This document shows positions 38,233 through 51,375 of a stretch of 64,000 nt of DNA, in pieces. Source of the stretch: Octopus sinensis (lineage: Eukaryota). Position 1 is the stretch's first letter; each line of letters opens with the position of its first letter. Both the position numbers and the translations under genes were made by a program. Location of the stretch: contig NC_043013.1 of assembly GCF_006345805.1 (NCBI RefSeq), forward strand, positions 34,348,001 to 34,412,000, in the 5' to 3' direction. Below the pieces are notes generated by a model. That model was not told the DNA's origin. It made no database searches and saw only the letters and a program-made list of their open reading frames with translations.

Positions 38233-40109
38233 TCTAAATATTCAAAAAGTGGTGGATATAGATATTTACATGATTGTTGTTAAATTTAAATTAAAAATTA
38301 GAACCATAATTTAAAATTGGTTACATATTTCAATAAAAATAATGTTTTGTAATTCTTCATAGTTCAATTATCTACAGACTGAGCTAATTCTTTCTATCAT
38401 AGACTCAACTAAGGCAGTGAGCTGGCAGAATCATAAGCACACTTGACGAAATACTCACCGGTATTTTGCTCAATGCTACGTTCTGAGTTCAAATTCTGCT
38501 GAGGTCAGCTTTGCCTTATTTGTGTATGTGTGCATGTGTGTGTTTGAGTATGTGTTTATGTTAAGTCTGCCCCCGTTCTCTGTATTTGACTGCATTTTTT
38601 TTCTTCAACTAAGCATCCATGTGCAGCTCATCTCATCATTTTTGTCCATGATCCTCCACATACATACACTACAATTACTTAATAAGCAACTCCTAAAAGC
38701 TACTTCTTATAACACATGATATCCAACCAATATCTGAATAGTGAAACTAACTCCCAAAATTAATTCATTATTTACTGTATTACTCAGTGTGAATCTCATT
38801 TCTTATAGACACATACACAAAAGTTACCCTTAATTATCACAGTCTGAAGAACCAGAAAAGGTAACTCACAGTAATGAGTATTTATATTCTGAATTTTTGT
38901 TCACCCATATGACATATCACTCAGCAAACAGTTCTGTGTTCCCTTATTCTTTGCAGTATGCATACTCACCACATATACCTTATTCAATTACACACACACA
39001 GAGTAAATGATGGGAAATATATAAAAGCCTATAATTTTAAAATCATATATATATATGTATATATATATAAGCCTATAATTCTAAAATCATGTATATATAT
39101 ATATATATATAATATATATATATATATACATGCATATATATATATATATAAGCCTATAATACTAAAATCATATATATATATATCTATATATATATATATG
39201 TAAATACATGTCTATATAATGTATGTATATGCAATTATGTTCTACATCTGTGTATATAACCGATTGCTTGTATATGCATATGTACTATACAAATTCACAA
39301 CTAAACACACACAAATATACATTCATAATTTTCCATTGTGTACACACAAGCACACAATATATGAATGTGTTGTTTCTATACAACATATGCCTTAATAAGT
39401 TCATAAAGGTTCATATATCATGTTTTTATATATATTTTATTTTACATATTTCGTATTTTCAATCCCTTGTTTTTTTTTTTGTTTTGTTATTTCGAAGGGT
39501 TATTATTTTTTTTTTTTTACATACTCATGCAAGATTATATAAGGTAATTTTTGTTGCATCTTTTCTATTAAAAATTATGCACGAATTGACAGCATACTAA
39601 GTGCAAATAGATAATTCGACTGCACTTTCAATTATATAGTTTTAATGCTAGTCTAAAAAGAAGTATGTAAATATAAATTTGCTATTGTTTAAAATTCAGG
39701 AAAAAGAAAAACAAAACACCAAACGACATATTTTGTGGATTGCTTTTAACAAAATGCAATGCCTAGATTTCGATGGGGAAAGTAAACTTAACAGAATTGT
39801 CCCCTGTCTTTGTAGTGGTTCTTAATTTATTGACTCCAGCAAAATGAAGGCCTTTCTGAAAGAATGAAAGACTAAATACTGAAAAGATTTTAATTCATGG
39901 TTCCGCCATTTTCTGCTTCCTGACTGCACTGAGAAATGAAAAGCAATTAATGTTAATAGTTTTTTTTTGCCATTGTGAGGCATATTGCCAGTAAATGTAT
40001 AATGGTGCTGTACAGCCAATTGATGCAACTAATTCCAGTTAATGTTTTTTGCAGAAATTTCTTTGAGTATTGCGAGATTTGAAGTCAAAATGTAATCTTT
40101 TATCTGTGT

Positions 40110-40580
40110 TCTTTTGTTTGTTTCAGCCATTGGACTGGGGTCACGCTTGGACTCTGCCTTGAAGGGCTTAGTTGAACAAACTGACCCTGTGACCATGCTT
40201 GCACTCTGCATTAAAGGGCTTAGATGAACAAACTGACCCCTGTGCTTAGCTTATTTTTTAAAGATTGGTGTTTATTCTATTTGTCTCTTTTGCTAAACCT
40301 CTAAGTTAAATGGATGCAAAAAGACTCCACTAAAAAACAACACTGGTTGTCAAGTGGTGGTGGAGATAAAAACAAACATAAAGACACTCACACATGCACA
40401 CACACACACTCATGCACGCATACATACAGACTGGGCTTCCACACATTTTCCATCAACCAAATTTACTCACAAAGCATTGATTGTCCCAGGGTTTCAGTAG
40501 AAGACACTTAGTTGCCCTAAGTGCTACACAGTGGGACTGAACTCAAAACCAACTAGTTGCCAAACAAACATTTTAACCAC
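40110..40580 (-). mobile_element. SINE family A, diverged, with an internal short duplication
   Basis: Family A landmarks are present. AAGGGCTTAG-TGAACAAACTGACCCC occurs twice (about 40162 and 40215). Confidence 0.7.
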
Positions 40581-40915
40581 ACATCCATGTCTATGCCTAA
40601 AATGGGGAGAATCTCAAACTTGTCAAAGAATTCGAATTTAGTGTGGTGCGTTATCCTTTTTGTCACACATTCATCTTCAAACTAATAATAATAATTATTT
40701 CTAATTTAGGCATTGGACTAAAAACTTTGACGGAATGGACATTTAAATAGTTATATCAATCCACAGTACTTGACCTATACTTTATTTTATTGAATTTGGA
40801 AAGATGAAAAGCAAAGTTCACTTTGGTGGAATTTGAACTCAGATGTAAAGAACCAGAAGAATGAGCACACATAATTTCGTTTGATGTTCTAAGAATTCTA
40901 CAGAATCACTGCCTC

Positions 40916-41210
40916 TATGATGATTTAAAAATGGGAAATACACAGATTGCAGGCGATGAAGAGAGTGGACATGATACCAGTAGTAATTGGTGTGCTTGGA
41001 AATACCAGCACTCAATTACCAACATTGCTCAAAAAGATTGATTCAGATGTCAAGGTATAACACCAACAAAAATCATCATTGCTTGGAACTGCAAGAGTTC
41101 TCCATGAGGTTTTTGAAGCATGATCAGTAAACAAGTGTCTTCTGACTGTGAACAGCTGACCATTTCCATCATACCCAGCAAAATAAGCTCAGAGTTTTCA
41201 TCAAATAATA
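40916..41210 (+). mobile_element. R4/Dong-type RLE retrotransposon, 3' end
   Basis: Reads YDDLK/WEIHRLQAMKRVDMIPVVIGVLGNTSTQLPTLLKKIDSDVKV*HQQKSSLLGTARVLHEVFEA*. The 3' UTR shares GTGAACAGCTGAC with the copy at 56364. Confidence 0.78.
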
Positions 41211-41420
41211 AAACCATAATCCTTTCTCCTATAGGATTAAAGTTTAAAATTTTAGTGGGAGGTGGGGATAGTAGATTACAGCAACCCATGTGCTCAACTG
41301 GTTTGCATTTTATTGACACTGTGAAGATGAAAGGCAAAATTGACCTTTGCAGAATTTGATCTTAAAATGAAAAGACTGAAGTGCTGCTGAGTATTTTGCC
41401 TGGCATACTAATAATTCTTA

Positions 41421-41467
<47 letters not shown>

Positions 41468-41514
41468 TGATGATGATGATAACAATAATAGTAGTAATAA
41501 TAATGATAATAATA

Positions 41515-42071
41515 AATGCTCTGATGCAGTACCATGCAGTGGCTCTCATGGCTTCTGATCTTAACTGATTGGAAGTGTCATCTTATACATTGTTTTGTCT
41601 TGGCATAAAAGATGGGCTGCAGCAAATATTCTGCTCAATACTACAGATTTGCTTGTCAGTTGTTTGACCTTAACTAGTAGAGTATGTTCCTTGGTGGCTG
41701 ATGATATGAGCATCTCTGATCATGAGTAGAAGTAGTGGGGGAGCATCATAGCTATGTGTTGAGAGGAATTCTTTGGGGTTTGAATAATTCACCCTTGGAA
41801 ACATGGGTGTTTCGTTCATCATCCTTAAACAAACCTTATTCAGGGACCTTTTGAGTGGGATGGGTTACTCAACCTGAAGAGAATTCCAACTGAGCCCCAC
41901 CTGCAAGATCATGTGCTGTTTATCTTGATATGAGATCTCCATGTCGCTCACATATAGTTGTGATGCATGTGCCTGGTGTACCCTTATCAAACGGGTAGTC
42001 ATGATGGGTATACTGGGCTTCGTATATTTTACCCCAGTGTCACTTTGATGGCATGCATTGCTCTCTCACTC
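41515..42071. mobile_element. Unclassified ~560-bp interspersed element embedded in (TAA)n
   Basis: A complex block, richer in GC than its surroundings, with sharp ends and (TAA)n on both sides. It has no long ORF and no TIR. Confidence 0.45.
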
Positions 42072-45000
42072 AATAATAATAATAATAATAATGATAATAA
42101 TAATAACCCTTACTATTATAAGCACAAGACCTGAAAAATGGGCGAAAGGTAGTCTGTTATATTGACTCCAGTACACAACAGGCACTTGATTAATTGACCC
42201 CAAAAGGATGAAAAGCAAAGTCGACCTCATTGAATAACAAGTAATATTTAACAAGAGAAAAACCACTATAAGATGATCTTCTCCATAAAAAAAAAAATGT
42301 ACATCACTAATTGAAAAGAAAACTGTGAAAACTTATGAAAATCTTGAACGTTAATTCTAATAGAAATATAATTTTGTGAAGTTTATTGAGATTTTTTTCT
42401 TTTACTGCCTGTAATTAATATATTACATATATTCATAGTGGTCTGATAGCACATACAAATCTGACATCGTGTTTAGATAAACTAATGGTGTGCAGTTCTT
42501 CTCAACACCACTTCCTCCCCTTCACACTAAAAATAAATAAAATAACAAACAATACAAATAGGAATAAAACCTTATCATTTAGCCCAAAGTTAATAGGGAA
42601 ATGAGTACTTTGAATTAAATGCATAAAAAAATGAAAAATCGAGCATGCAAAACTTGGCATTGCCAGAAACAAATGAAGTAGTGCACAATGTAAAGGATGA
42701 TTATCTAAATAAAAGACAGAACCTTATTCCTCGTGTCTCATGAATAAAGGAGAAATGGTATCAATGGATATGAAAGGAACATGTTTCTATTCAATGTGAT
42801 TATTTTGTACTTGTATACCACCCTGAAAGTGAAACTATGACAAAATGCTTCTAGAAAATTTTCCTAGAAAATATCCAAGATCAAATTACAATGTTGGATT
42901 CCAAAAGATCAACTCACTACAGAGTATACATTCTCAAAGTCAAAGAATATCAAAAGTCAAAGCAGAATGTTTGAAAGAAATAAATATGCCATTAGAACAT
43001 GAGTAAAACAACACAAAACAATAAAAAATTAAAGTATTGAGAACAGAAATCGCAATGGCAGATCTGTTGTGCAAATTAAAAGAAAGATGATATGAAATGA
43101 AACATTACAATACAAGGCAGATGGCCATCTAAGGTCAATCGCTCACTCAATCAATCAATCAAAAGAACCCCACAGATCCAAAGATTACTCTGACTCTTAA
43201 GGATAAGTGACCTTCTAAGCCAGCCATGTTCTTTGGCATACACAGAGAACAAGTTCTTCCTTAAGGGGCTTTCTTGTCCTCACTCAGCCTCTCAAGTGGA
43301 ATTTGAACATGATGCAGGTTTGATCAAAGAGTCAATATTTGTGCTCCGTTATTTCACTCTTGTGTACCATGAATTCCTTTCAGCCACCAGAAAAGAAAGT
43401 GTCTGCCTTTCAATGCAATATTAGTAAACACTCATACAGCCAGGAAATTACAGTACCAGGTTTAATTGATACATTTGACTTCCAGTATTTTCTATTCTGT
43501 TCTATTATATAATGACTCAGATGAATAAAAAAAAAAAGTCAATTCTAACACATTTTGAACTCAGGATGTAAAAGTATCGTTGAAATTAAAACCTTTTGAT
43601 GTCAACCAATCTAAGATGGGTTCTGTGAATCAAAACTACTAATTTTCAAATGTTTATAGTTAAATAATAACTTCCCTCCAAAAAAAATTTATGTGACAGC
43701 CTCTTTAAGTTATGACCTAAAGACCAGTTTAATAAGGAGAAAGTTATTTGACTAAATCTTTCCTAAATTCTAGATTATATTTAATATAAAGTTTCAATAT
43801 AAGCAGTGTGTTTCATCTGAAATTTATCAAGAAGGGTTAATTATGTATCAAAGAATTTTATTGATGTGACTGGCTCTCAAGATAATGGGACTGTAATTAC
43901 GGAATAATAAACATTTGATTTTAATATTTGAGCATATGAAGCAAATTAGATAGTCGCAGATCACTTGGAGAGTATTATTTATGACTTACGGTGTAGTAGG
44001 AGAAATATTTGTCACCATATCTACAGTTTGAAAATAATGGTATGTCCAACTTACTTGTTAATAAGTCCATAATATGAAGAAATTTAGGAATAATGCCATG
44101 GAGACATATATATATATATATGTTATTAATGGAATTTTTAATGATATTTTCTGATCAATACTGAACTAGTGAAGTTTTGTGAAGTGACCTTTGTAATTTT
44201 AGCAACTGAATATATTCGATATACAACTGGCTGAAGCATTCTTAACATGTAATTCATTGATGTTTTGGCTACTGATGCTAGCTAACAAGCAAAGAATTAA
44301 ACATATCTATTCTGCAGTTTAATCAAATAATAAATAAAGATTTCAGAATAAGGCAGAGACAGGATTCTGTGAATGCTTGTAATTTTTCTAAGAGTTTGTA
44401 ACTGCAATACACATTAATGTAATCATTGAGATTCGGTGTGAATCTATATGGATGTCCAAATATTTTATTATATTTACAAAACGTATGATGTGTACCAGAG
44501 TTAGTATAAGCATGATGTTAACTCAATAAGTATTTGTAGCATCTTCAGAGATTATATAATGATTTCTTACTATTAGTGTTGGTAGAGAATACAAGGCATA
44601 TAAGCAATCTTTACTGTAACGAAGTGAGAGAAGTAAAGGTGGCAGAATAACTTTTAATGCAAAGAAGCTTTGGAATAGGGACCTAAACACAGTGAATGGT
44701 GAGAATTAATGAACAACTTGAAATGGTTAATGGTGTCTCAAGACCCTGGAGGATACAAAGAGTAGGTTTGAAGGAATAAAACAAACAAACAAAAAAAATA
44801 GTCCTTTGAGGCGGCATAAAAAGAAAGAAGAAAAATATAGACTGAAACTTTATGTGTCAGTAAATAAGATTGCGACATATAATTAACAGGTAAAAAAAGA
44901 GATGATAAATTAGTGTCATACCATGGAAATTGTGGCTGTTTATATCAGAGTAAGTGATATAAAGATACACTTCTAATTGCCATTTGGTTCTTATAACCTT

Positions 45001-47225
45001 ACACTGTCAATTAAGATAAGAGGATTTAATCTGAATCAATAACGATTTTAGAATGAGGCTGGCAAATATCAGGTCAGGTTTAGTTTGAAGCTGGCAACAT
45101 GCACAGGGGACTTTAACTGGAAGCTGGCAGCTATCATAAGGAGCTTTTCCATGAAATTTCCAACTAACATAATGGTTTCAAGAAATGAGAAGGACAAATA
45201 CCATGAATTCTTTACTTTAATTTTCTTTTCTTTTTAAATACAGAAGTTTAAACCTTAACCTAACAACTTCTTTGAGGACAAAATACAGAGAAAAATACAA
45301 CAAAACAACTGCTTAAATGTTGACATTTATTCATATCATTGATAAATCTAACGGATTAAAGCGAAATTCACTCTTCTTATTGGAAAATTCCTTTGAAATA
45401 CTTAACAGAAGAAATCTGAAATCTCTACATTTTCAAAGTTTTATAATCATCTTATTGATTAGTATTGTTAATCAATATTAAATCTATACTAAATGATACT
45501 TTAAGCACTACTAATATCATTCTGTGAAAACATGTGAGTGTTAAATATATCAAAAATGCATATAGAAGACTGTCTGAATCTATGTGAATGTGTGAATCAC
45601 TGAGTATACATATATATATATTCATTCATTCCTACACATATATTTATACACATTCACACACACACACATGCACACAATTATATATGTGGGTGCATGAGTG
45701 TGTGCGGATATCAACGATAAAATCTAAGAATAAGAGAAAAAACAGCAATATATAAAGGTGTGTATGTGTGTCTGTGTATGTGTATTTTGTGTACATGTAT
45801 TTGTGTGTGTGTGTGTGCATGTGTGTGTGTGTGTGTGTATGTGTGTGTGTGAATTAGTACTCGTGCAATATTTGTATGCGATGGTGCATGGGGTCCATCA
45901 AGCAGAATATGCGTAACAGAATTTATGAAGAATCCGATATTACAGATATTGACAAAGAATTTTTTTTTTTTTTCAAATGTTTTAATTAATTCGTTAATGT
46001 ACTTATTATATTCAGATAGTTTTATTTTCATCAAAATGGATAAAGTTGCTTAATTTCGCTTTGTCTTCTCTTCTACCAATTTCTGTTCCTTGTTTTTTTT
46101 TTGTTTTTGTTTCATGCTGCTGCATGGAGCTTTATAATGGCGGTAGTTGTTGTTGTTGTTGTTGTTATTGTTGTTGTTTCATTTGCTTTTGTTGTTGTGT
46201 AGCCTGTTTCCTAACCACATCATTGGACCTTGTTGGCGTTGTAGTTGTTTCACCAATCCTATTTTTGTACTTTCACTTTCATTTGCTGTTGTTGTTGTTG
46301 TTACATGTTCCTCACTGCAACACTGGATCTTACTGCAATCATTATAGTTATTCTTGCTGTTGTTGTTGTTGTTGCTACATTTATCAGGTGTTTTCATCTG
46401 TTTTTGTTGTTGTTGCTTGTTTCCTGTGTCCCTGTTTGTTGTTATTATTGCTACTACTGCTACTGATGTTTCCTTGTTGTTGTAATTTGTTTCATCATTG
46501 CATTACTATTGTCTTTATTATTGTTGTTGTTGCTGCTGCTGCTGCTACTACTTCCTTCTTGCTTTTATTAGTGCTGCTGCCGCTGTGAAGGTTTCTTTTA
46601 TTTTACAAAATGAAAAATCATAATTTAGCGACAATGGAATTAATGAGCTTCATTGTGGCTCATTATTGCTATTAACACTGGCTATTATATCTCAGACAGA
46701 ACGAAATAGTTGGCAATAGAGCCAACAGTGAATCTGAAGCTACCATATTCCATCAGTATTGTCTATTATTTAAGAAATTGCTTGATGCCAAACTTTCCAA
46801 ACTATGGCAAAAATGAGAAAACCTTATTTCAATTAAAACAAGAGTTCAAGTACAAAAGAATCCAAAAAACTATAATAATATATAATAAAATAAGTAGAAA
46901 CATGAATAATAAAACGGCTATGGGCTGGGTAGTTTTGGTGTTAGTCTTAGCATCCACTTGTTTCAGGCATTGGATTGGGGTCATAATAGTGCACTGCCTT
47001 TTAGGGTTTTGTTGAACAAAATTACTACAGCACTTTTTTTTTAATCTGGCACAAATGCTGTCAGTCTAAGCTACAGGGTTGTAAACAAACCAACAGAAGT
47101 TGACAACTGATAGTAGTTACAAAGACATACACACACACATAAATACATAGATACATATATATATATATATGTGTGTGTGTATATATATATATATATTATT
47201 TAAAAGCAGCAGAAATATAACAAAA

Positions 47226-47264
47226 GCTGTTATTTGGAGTTTCACATTCCCATTCATCAGACAG
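47226..47264 (-). ncRNA. Minimal hammerhead-ribozyme-like motif inside a 30-bp perfect inverted repeat (copy 1)
   Basis: The minus strand reads CTGT-CTGATGA-ATG-GGAA-TGT-GAA-ACTCCAAAT-A-ACAG. The arms 47196-47225 and 47265-47294 extend stem I. Confidence 0.6.
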
Positions 47265-47346
47265 TTTTGTTATATTTCTGCTGCTTTTAAATAAAGCATA
47301 TTACTCTACCTCTGGTATTTGAGTACTCTTTTTTCCACCTTGTTTC

Positions 47347-47382
<36 letters not shown>

Positions 47383-47962
47383 TTATAGCGGTTCAGCACA
47401 AGATAGAATAAATACTGATAAAATAAGTACTAGGGTTACAAAGAATAAGTCCTGGGATCGATTTGCTTCGACTTAATGCGGTGCTCCAGCATGTCTGCAG
47501 TCGAATGACAGAAACAAGTAAAAGAGTATACATATATTCAGGTGTGTGTGTGTGTGTGTGTGTGCGTGCATGCAAGCATGTCTGTGCATTTATATTAGCA
47601 CTTCTCAGAATTTCTCTGAACCATCCAAGCAGTGATATTGTAGTTCTCTTAATAACTGTCTGCTCACTTAGTTCCTTTGAGGCTCTCTAGAATAGAGATC
47701 CTTTACTGGTAAAATACTGGGAAGCGTTTGTGACAGGAAGAGCATCCTGCTATAAAACAATGCCTCATAGTATGTCTATTCTGCACTAAATTGTAAAACT
47801 AGACACAAAAACAACAATTTGCTGCATAAAAATCTGTAATTGCATAACAGAATGCTAGTGTTTTCTTTAGTAGGACTATGTATCTATAACATATTATATC
47901 ATATATATATATATCTATCTATATATATATAATATATATATATGTAAGTAAGTATGTATGTG

Positions 47963-47994
<32 letters not shown>

Positions 47995-48078
47995 TATGTA
48001 TTTATGTATATGCAATATATGTGTGTGTATGCATATATATTATATATATTATTTAAAAGCAGCAGAAATATAACAAAA

Positions 48079-48117
48079 GCTGTTATTTGGAGTTTCACAT
48101 TCCCATTCATCAGACAG
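48079..48117 (-). ncRNA. Minimal hammerhead-ribozyme-like motif (copy 2, identical)
   Basis: Identical to 47226-47264 and 853 bp away. The enclosing inverted repeat spans 48049-48147. Confidence 0.6.
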
Positions 48118-48199
48118 TTTTGTTATATTTCTGCTGCTTTTAAATAAAGCATATTACTCTACCTCTGGTATTTGAGTACTCTTTTTTCCACCTTCTTTC

Positions 48200-48235
<36 letters not shown>

Positions 48236-48874
48236 TTATAGCGGTTCAGCACAAGATAGAATAAATACTGATAAAATAAGTACTAGGGTTACAAAGAATA
48301 AGTCCTGGGATCGATTTGCTTCGACTTAATGTGGTGCTCCAGCATGTCTGCAGTCGAATGACAGAAACAAGTAAAAGAGTATACATATATTCAGGTGTGT
48401 GTGTGTGTGTGTGCGTGCGTGCATGCAAGCATGTCTGTGCATTTATATTAGCACTTCTCAGAAATTCTCTGAACCATCCAAGCAGTGATATTGTAGTTCT
48501 CTTAATAAACTGTCTGCTCACTTAGTTCCTTTGAGGCTCTCTAGAATAAGAGATCCTTTACTGGTAAAATACTGGGAAGCGTTTGTGACAGGAAGAGCAT
48601 CCTGCTATAAAACAATGCCTCAGTAGTATGTCTATTCTGCACTAAATTGTAAAACTAGACACAAAAACAACAATTTGCTGCATAAAAATCTGTAATTGCA
48701 TAACAGAATGCTAGTGTTTTCTTAGTAGGACTATGTATCTATAACATATTATATGCATATATATATATCTATCTATATATATATATATATGTAAGTAGTA
48801 TGTATGTGTATATATATATATATACACACACACACACATATGTATTTATGTATATGCAAATATATGTGTGTGTA

Positions 48875-48927
<53 letters not shown>

Positions 48928-50594
48928 TTATAGCGGTTCAGCACAAGATAGAATAAATACTGATAAAATAAGTACTAGGGTTACAAAGAATAAGTCCTGG
49001 GATCGATTTGCTTCGACTTAATGCGGTGCTCCAGCATGTCTGCAGTCGAATGACAGAAACAAGTAAAAGAGTATACATATATTCAGGTGTGTGTGTGTGT
49101 GTGTGTGCGTGCATGCAAGCATGTCTGTGCATTTATATTAGCACTTCTCAGAAATTCTCTGAACCATCCAAGCAGTGATATTGTAGTTCTCTTAATAAAC
49201 TGTCTGCTCACTTAGTTCCTTTGAGGCTCTCTAGAATAAGAGATCCTTTACTGGTAAAATACTGGGAAGCGTTTGTGACAGGAAGAGCATCCTGCTATAA
49301 AACAATGCCTCAGTAGTATGTCTATTCTGCACTAAATTGTAAAACTAGACACAAAAACAACAATTTGCTGCATAAAAATCTGTAATTGCATAACAGAATG
49401 CTAGTGTTTTCTTTAGTAGGACTATGTATCTATAACATATTATATGCATATATATATATATCTATCTATATATATATATATATATATATGTAAGTAAGTA
49501 TGTATGTGTATATATATATATATACACACACACACATATGTATTTATGTATATGCAAATATGTGTGTGTATGCATATATATATATATATCTATATATATA
49601 TATATATAGATAGATAGAAAGATAGATAGATAGATAGATAGATACATCAGTAGGTACACAGGTAGAGGCACATACACACACTAGAGAGAAAGAGATAGAT
49701 AGGTTGACAGGTACCTGTGTATGTATAGATATTTTTGTGGGTGCATAATGTTTGCCAAAATTACCTGTGTAGTAGTGTTATGCATTCTAATATTTGTTTT
49801 CCTGGAAATAAAATTGGATACAATTTTCTCCATGAGTGTGTGTGTGTGTGTGTGTGTGTGCGTGCATGCAAGCATGTCTGTGCATTTATATTAGCACTTC
49901 TCAGAAATTCTCTGAACCATCCAAGCAGTGATATTGTAGTTCTCTTAATAAACTGTCTGCTCACTTAGTTCCTTTGAGGCTCTCTAGAATAAGAGATCCT
50001 TTACTGGTAAAATACTGGGAAGCGTTTGTGACAGGAAGAGCATCCTGCTATAAAACAATGCCTCAGTAGTATGTCTATTCTGCACTAAATTGTAAAACTA
50101 GACACAAAAACAACAATTTGCTGCATAAAAATCTGTAATTGCATAACAGAATGCTAGTGTTTTCTTTAGTAGGACTATGTATCTATAACATATTATATGC
50201 ATATATATATATATCTATCTATATATATATATATATATATATGTAAGTAAGTATGTATGTGTATATATATATATATACACACACACACATATGTATTTAT
50301 GTATATGCAAATATATGTGTGTGTATGCATATATATATATATCTATCTATATATATATATATATATAGATAGATAGAAAGATAGATAGATAGATAGATAG
50401 ATACATCAGTAGGTACACAGGTAGAGGCACATACACACACTAGAGAGAAAGAGATAGATAGGTTGACAGGTACCTGTGTATGTATAGATATTTTTGTGGG
50501 TGCATAATGTTTGCCAAAATTACCTGTGTAGTAGTGTTATGCATTCTAATATTTGTTTTCCTGGAAATAAAATTGGATACAATTTTCTCCATGA

Positions 50595-50625
<31 letters not shown>

Positions 50626-51109
50626 CATGCAAGCATGTCTGTGCATTTATATTAGCACTTCTCAGAAATTCTCTGAACCATCCAAGCAGTGATATTGTAG
50701 TTCTCTTAATAAACTGTCTGCTCACTTAGTTCCTTTGAGGCTCTCTAGAATAAGAGATCCTTTACTGGTAAAATACTGGGAAGCGTTTGTGACAGGAAGA
50801 GCATCCTGCTATAAAACAATGCCTCAGTAGTATGTCTATTCTGCACTAAATTGTAAAACTAGACACAAAAACAACAATTTGCTGCATAAAAATCTGTAAT
50901 TGCATAACAGAATGCTAGTGTTTTCTTTAGTAGGACTATGTATCTATAACATATTATATGCATATATATATATCTATCTATATATATATATATATGTAAG
51001 TAAGTATGTATGTGTATATATATATATATACACACACACACATATGTATTTATGTATATGCAAATATATGTGTGTGTATGCATATATATATATATATATA
51101 TAGATAGAT

Positions 51110-51146
<37 letters not shown>

Positions 51147-51336
51147 CATCAGTAGGTACACAGGTAGAGGCACATACACACACTAGAGAGAAAGAGATAG
51201 ATAGGTTGACAGGTACCTGTGTATGTATAGATATTTGTGTGGGTGCATAATGTTTGCCAAAATTACCTGTGTAGTAGTGTTATGCATTCTAAATATTTGT
51301 TTTCCTGGAAATAAAATTGGATACAATTTTCTCCAT

Positions 51337-51375
<39 letters not shown>

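Larger units (their letters stand above)
47196..51372. repeat. Modular tandem amplification Z-X-Y/Z-X-Y/X-Y/W-Y/W-Y/W
   Basis: Y (~340 bp) occurs 5 times at about 47564, 48416, 49106, 49860 and 50621. X (SINE A tail) occurs 3 times, Z (hairpin) twice and W (~195 bp) 3 times. Copies are nearly identical. Confidence 0.95.

Noticed and set aside
39895-39915. YY1-like CCGCCATTTT motif
   Set aside because: It is a single short motif with no promoter context, as expected by chance.
42600-43130. Possible decayed transposon or LINE coding sequence
   Set aside because: All frames have frequent stops and I could not identify a diagnostic motif.
45870-45960. Short complex open frames on both strands
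   Set aside because: No splice sites and no recognisable protein motif.
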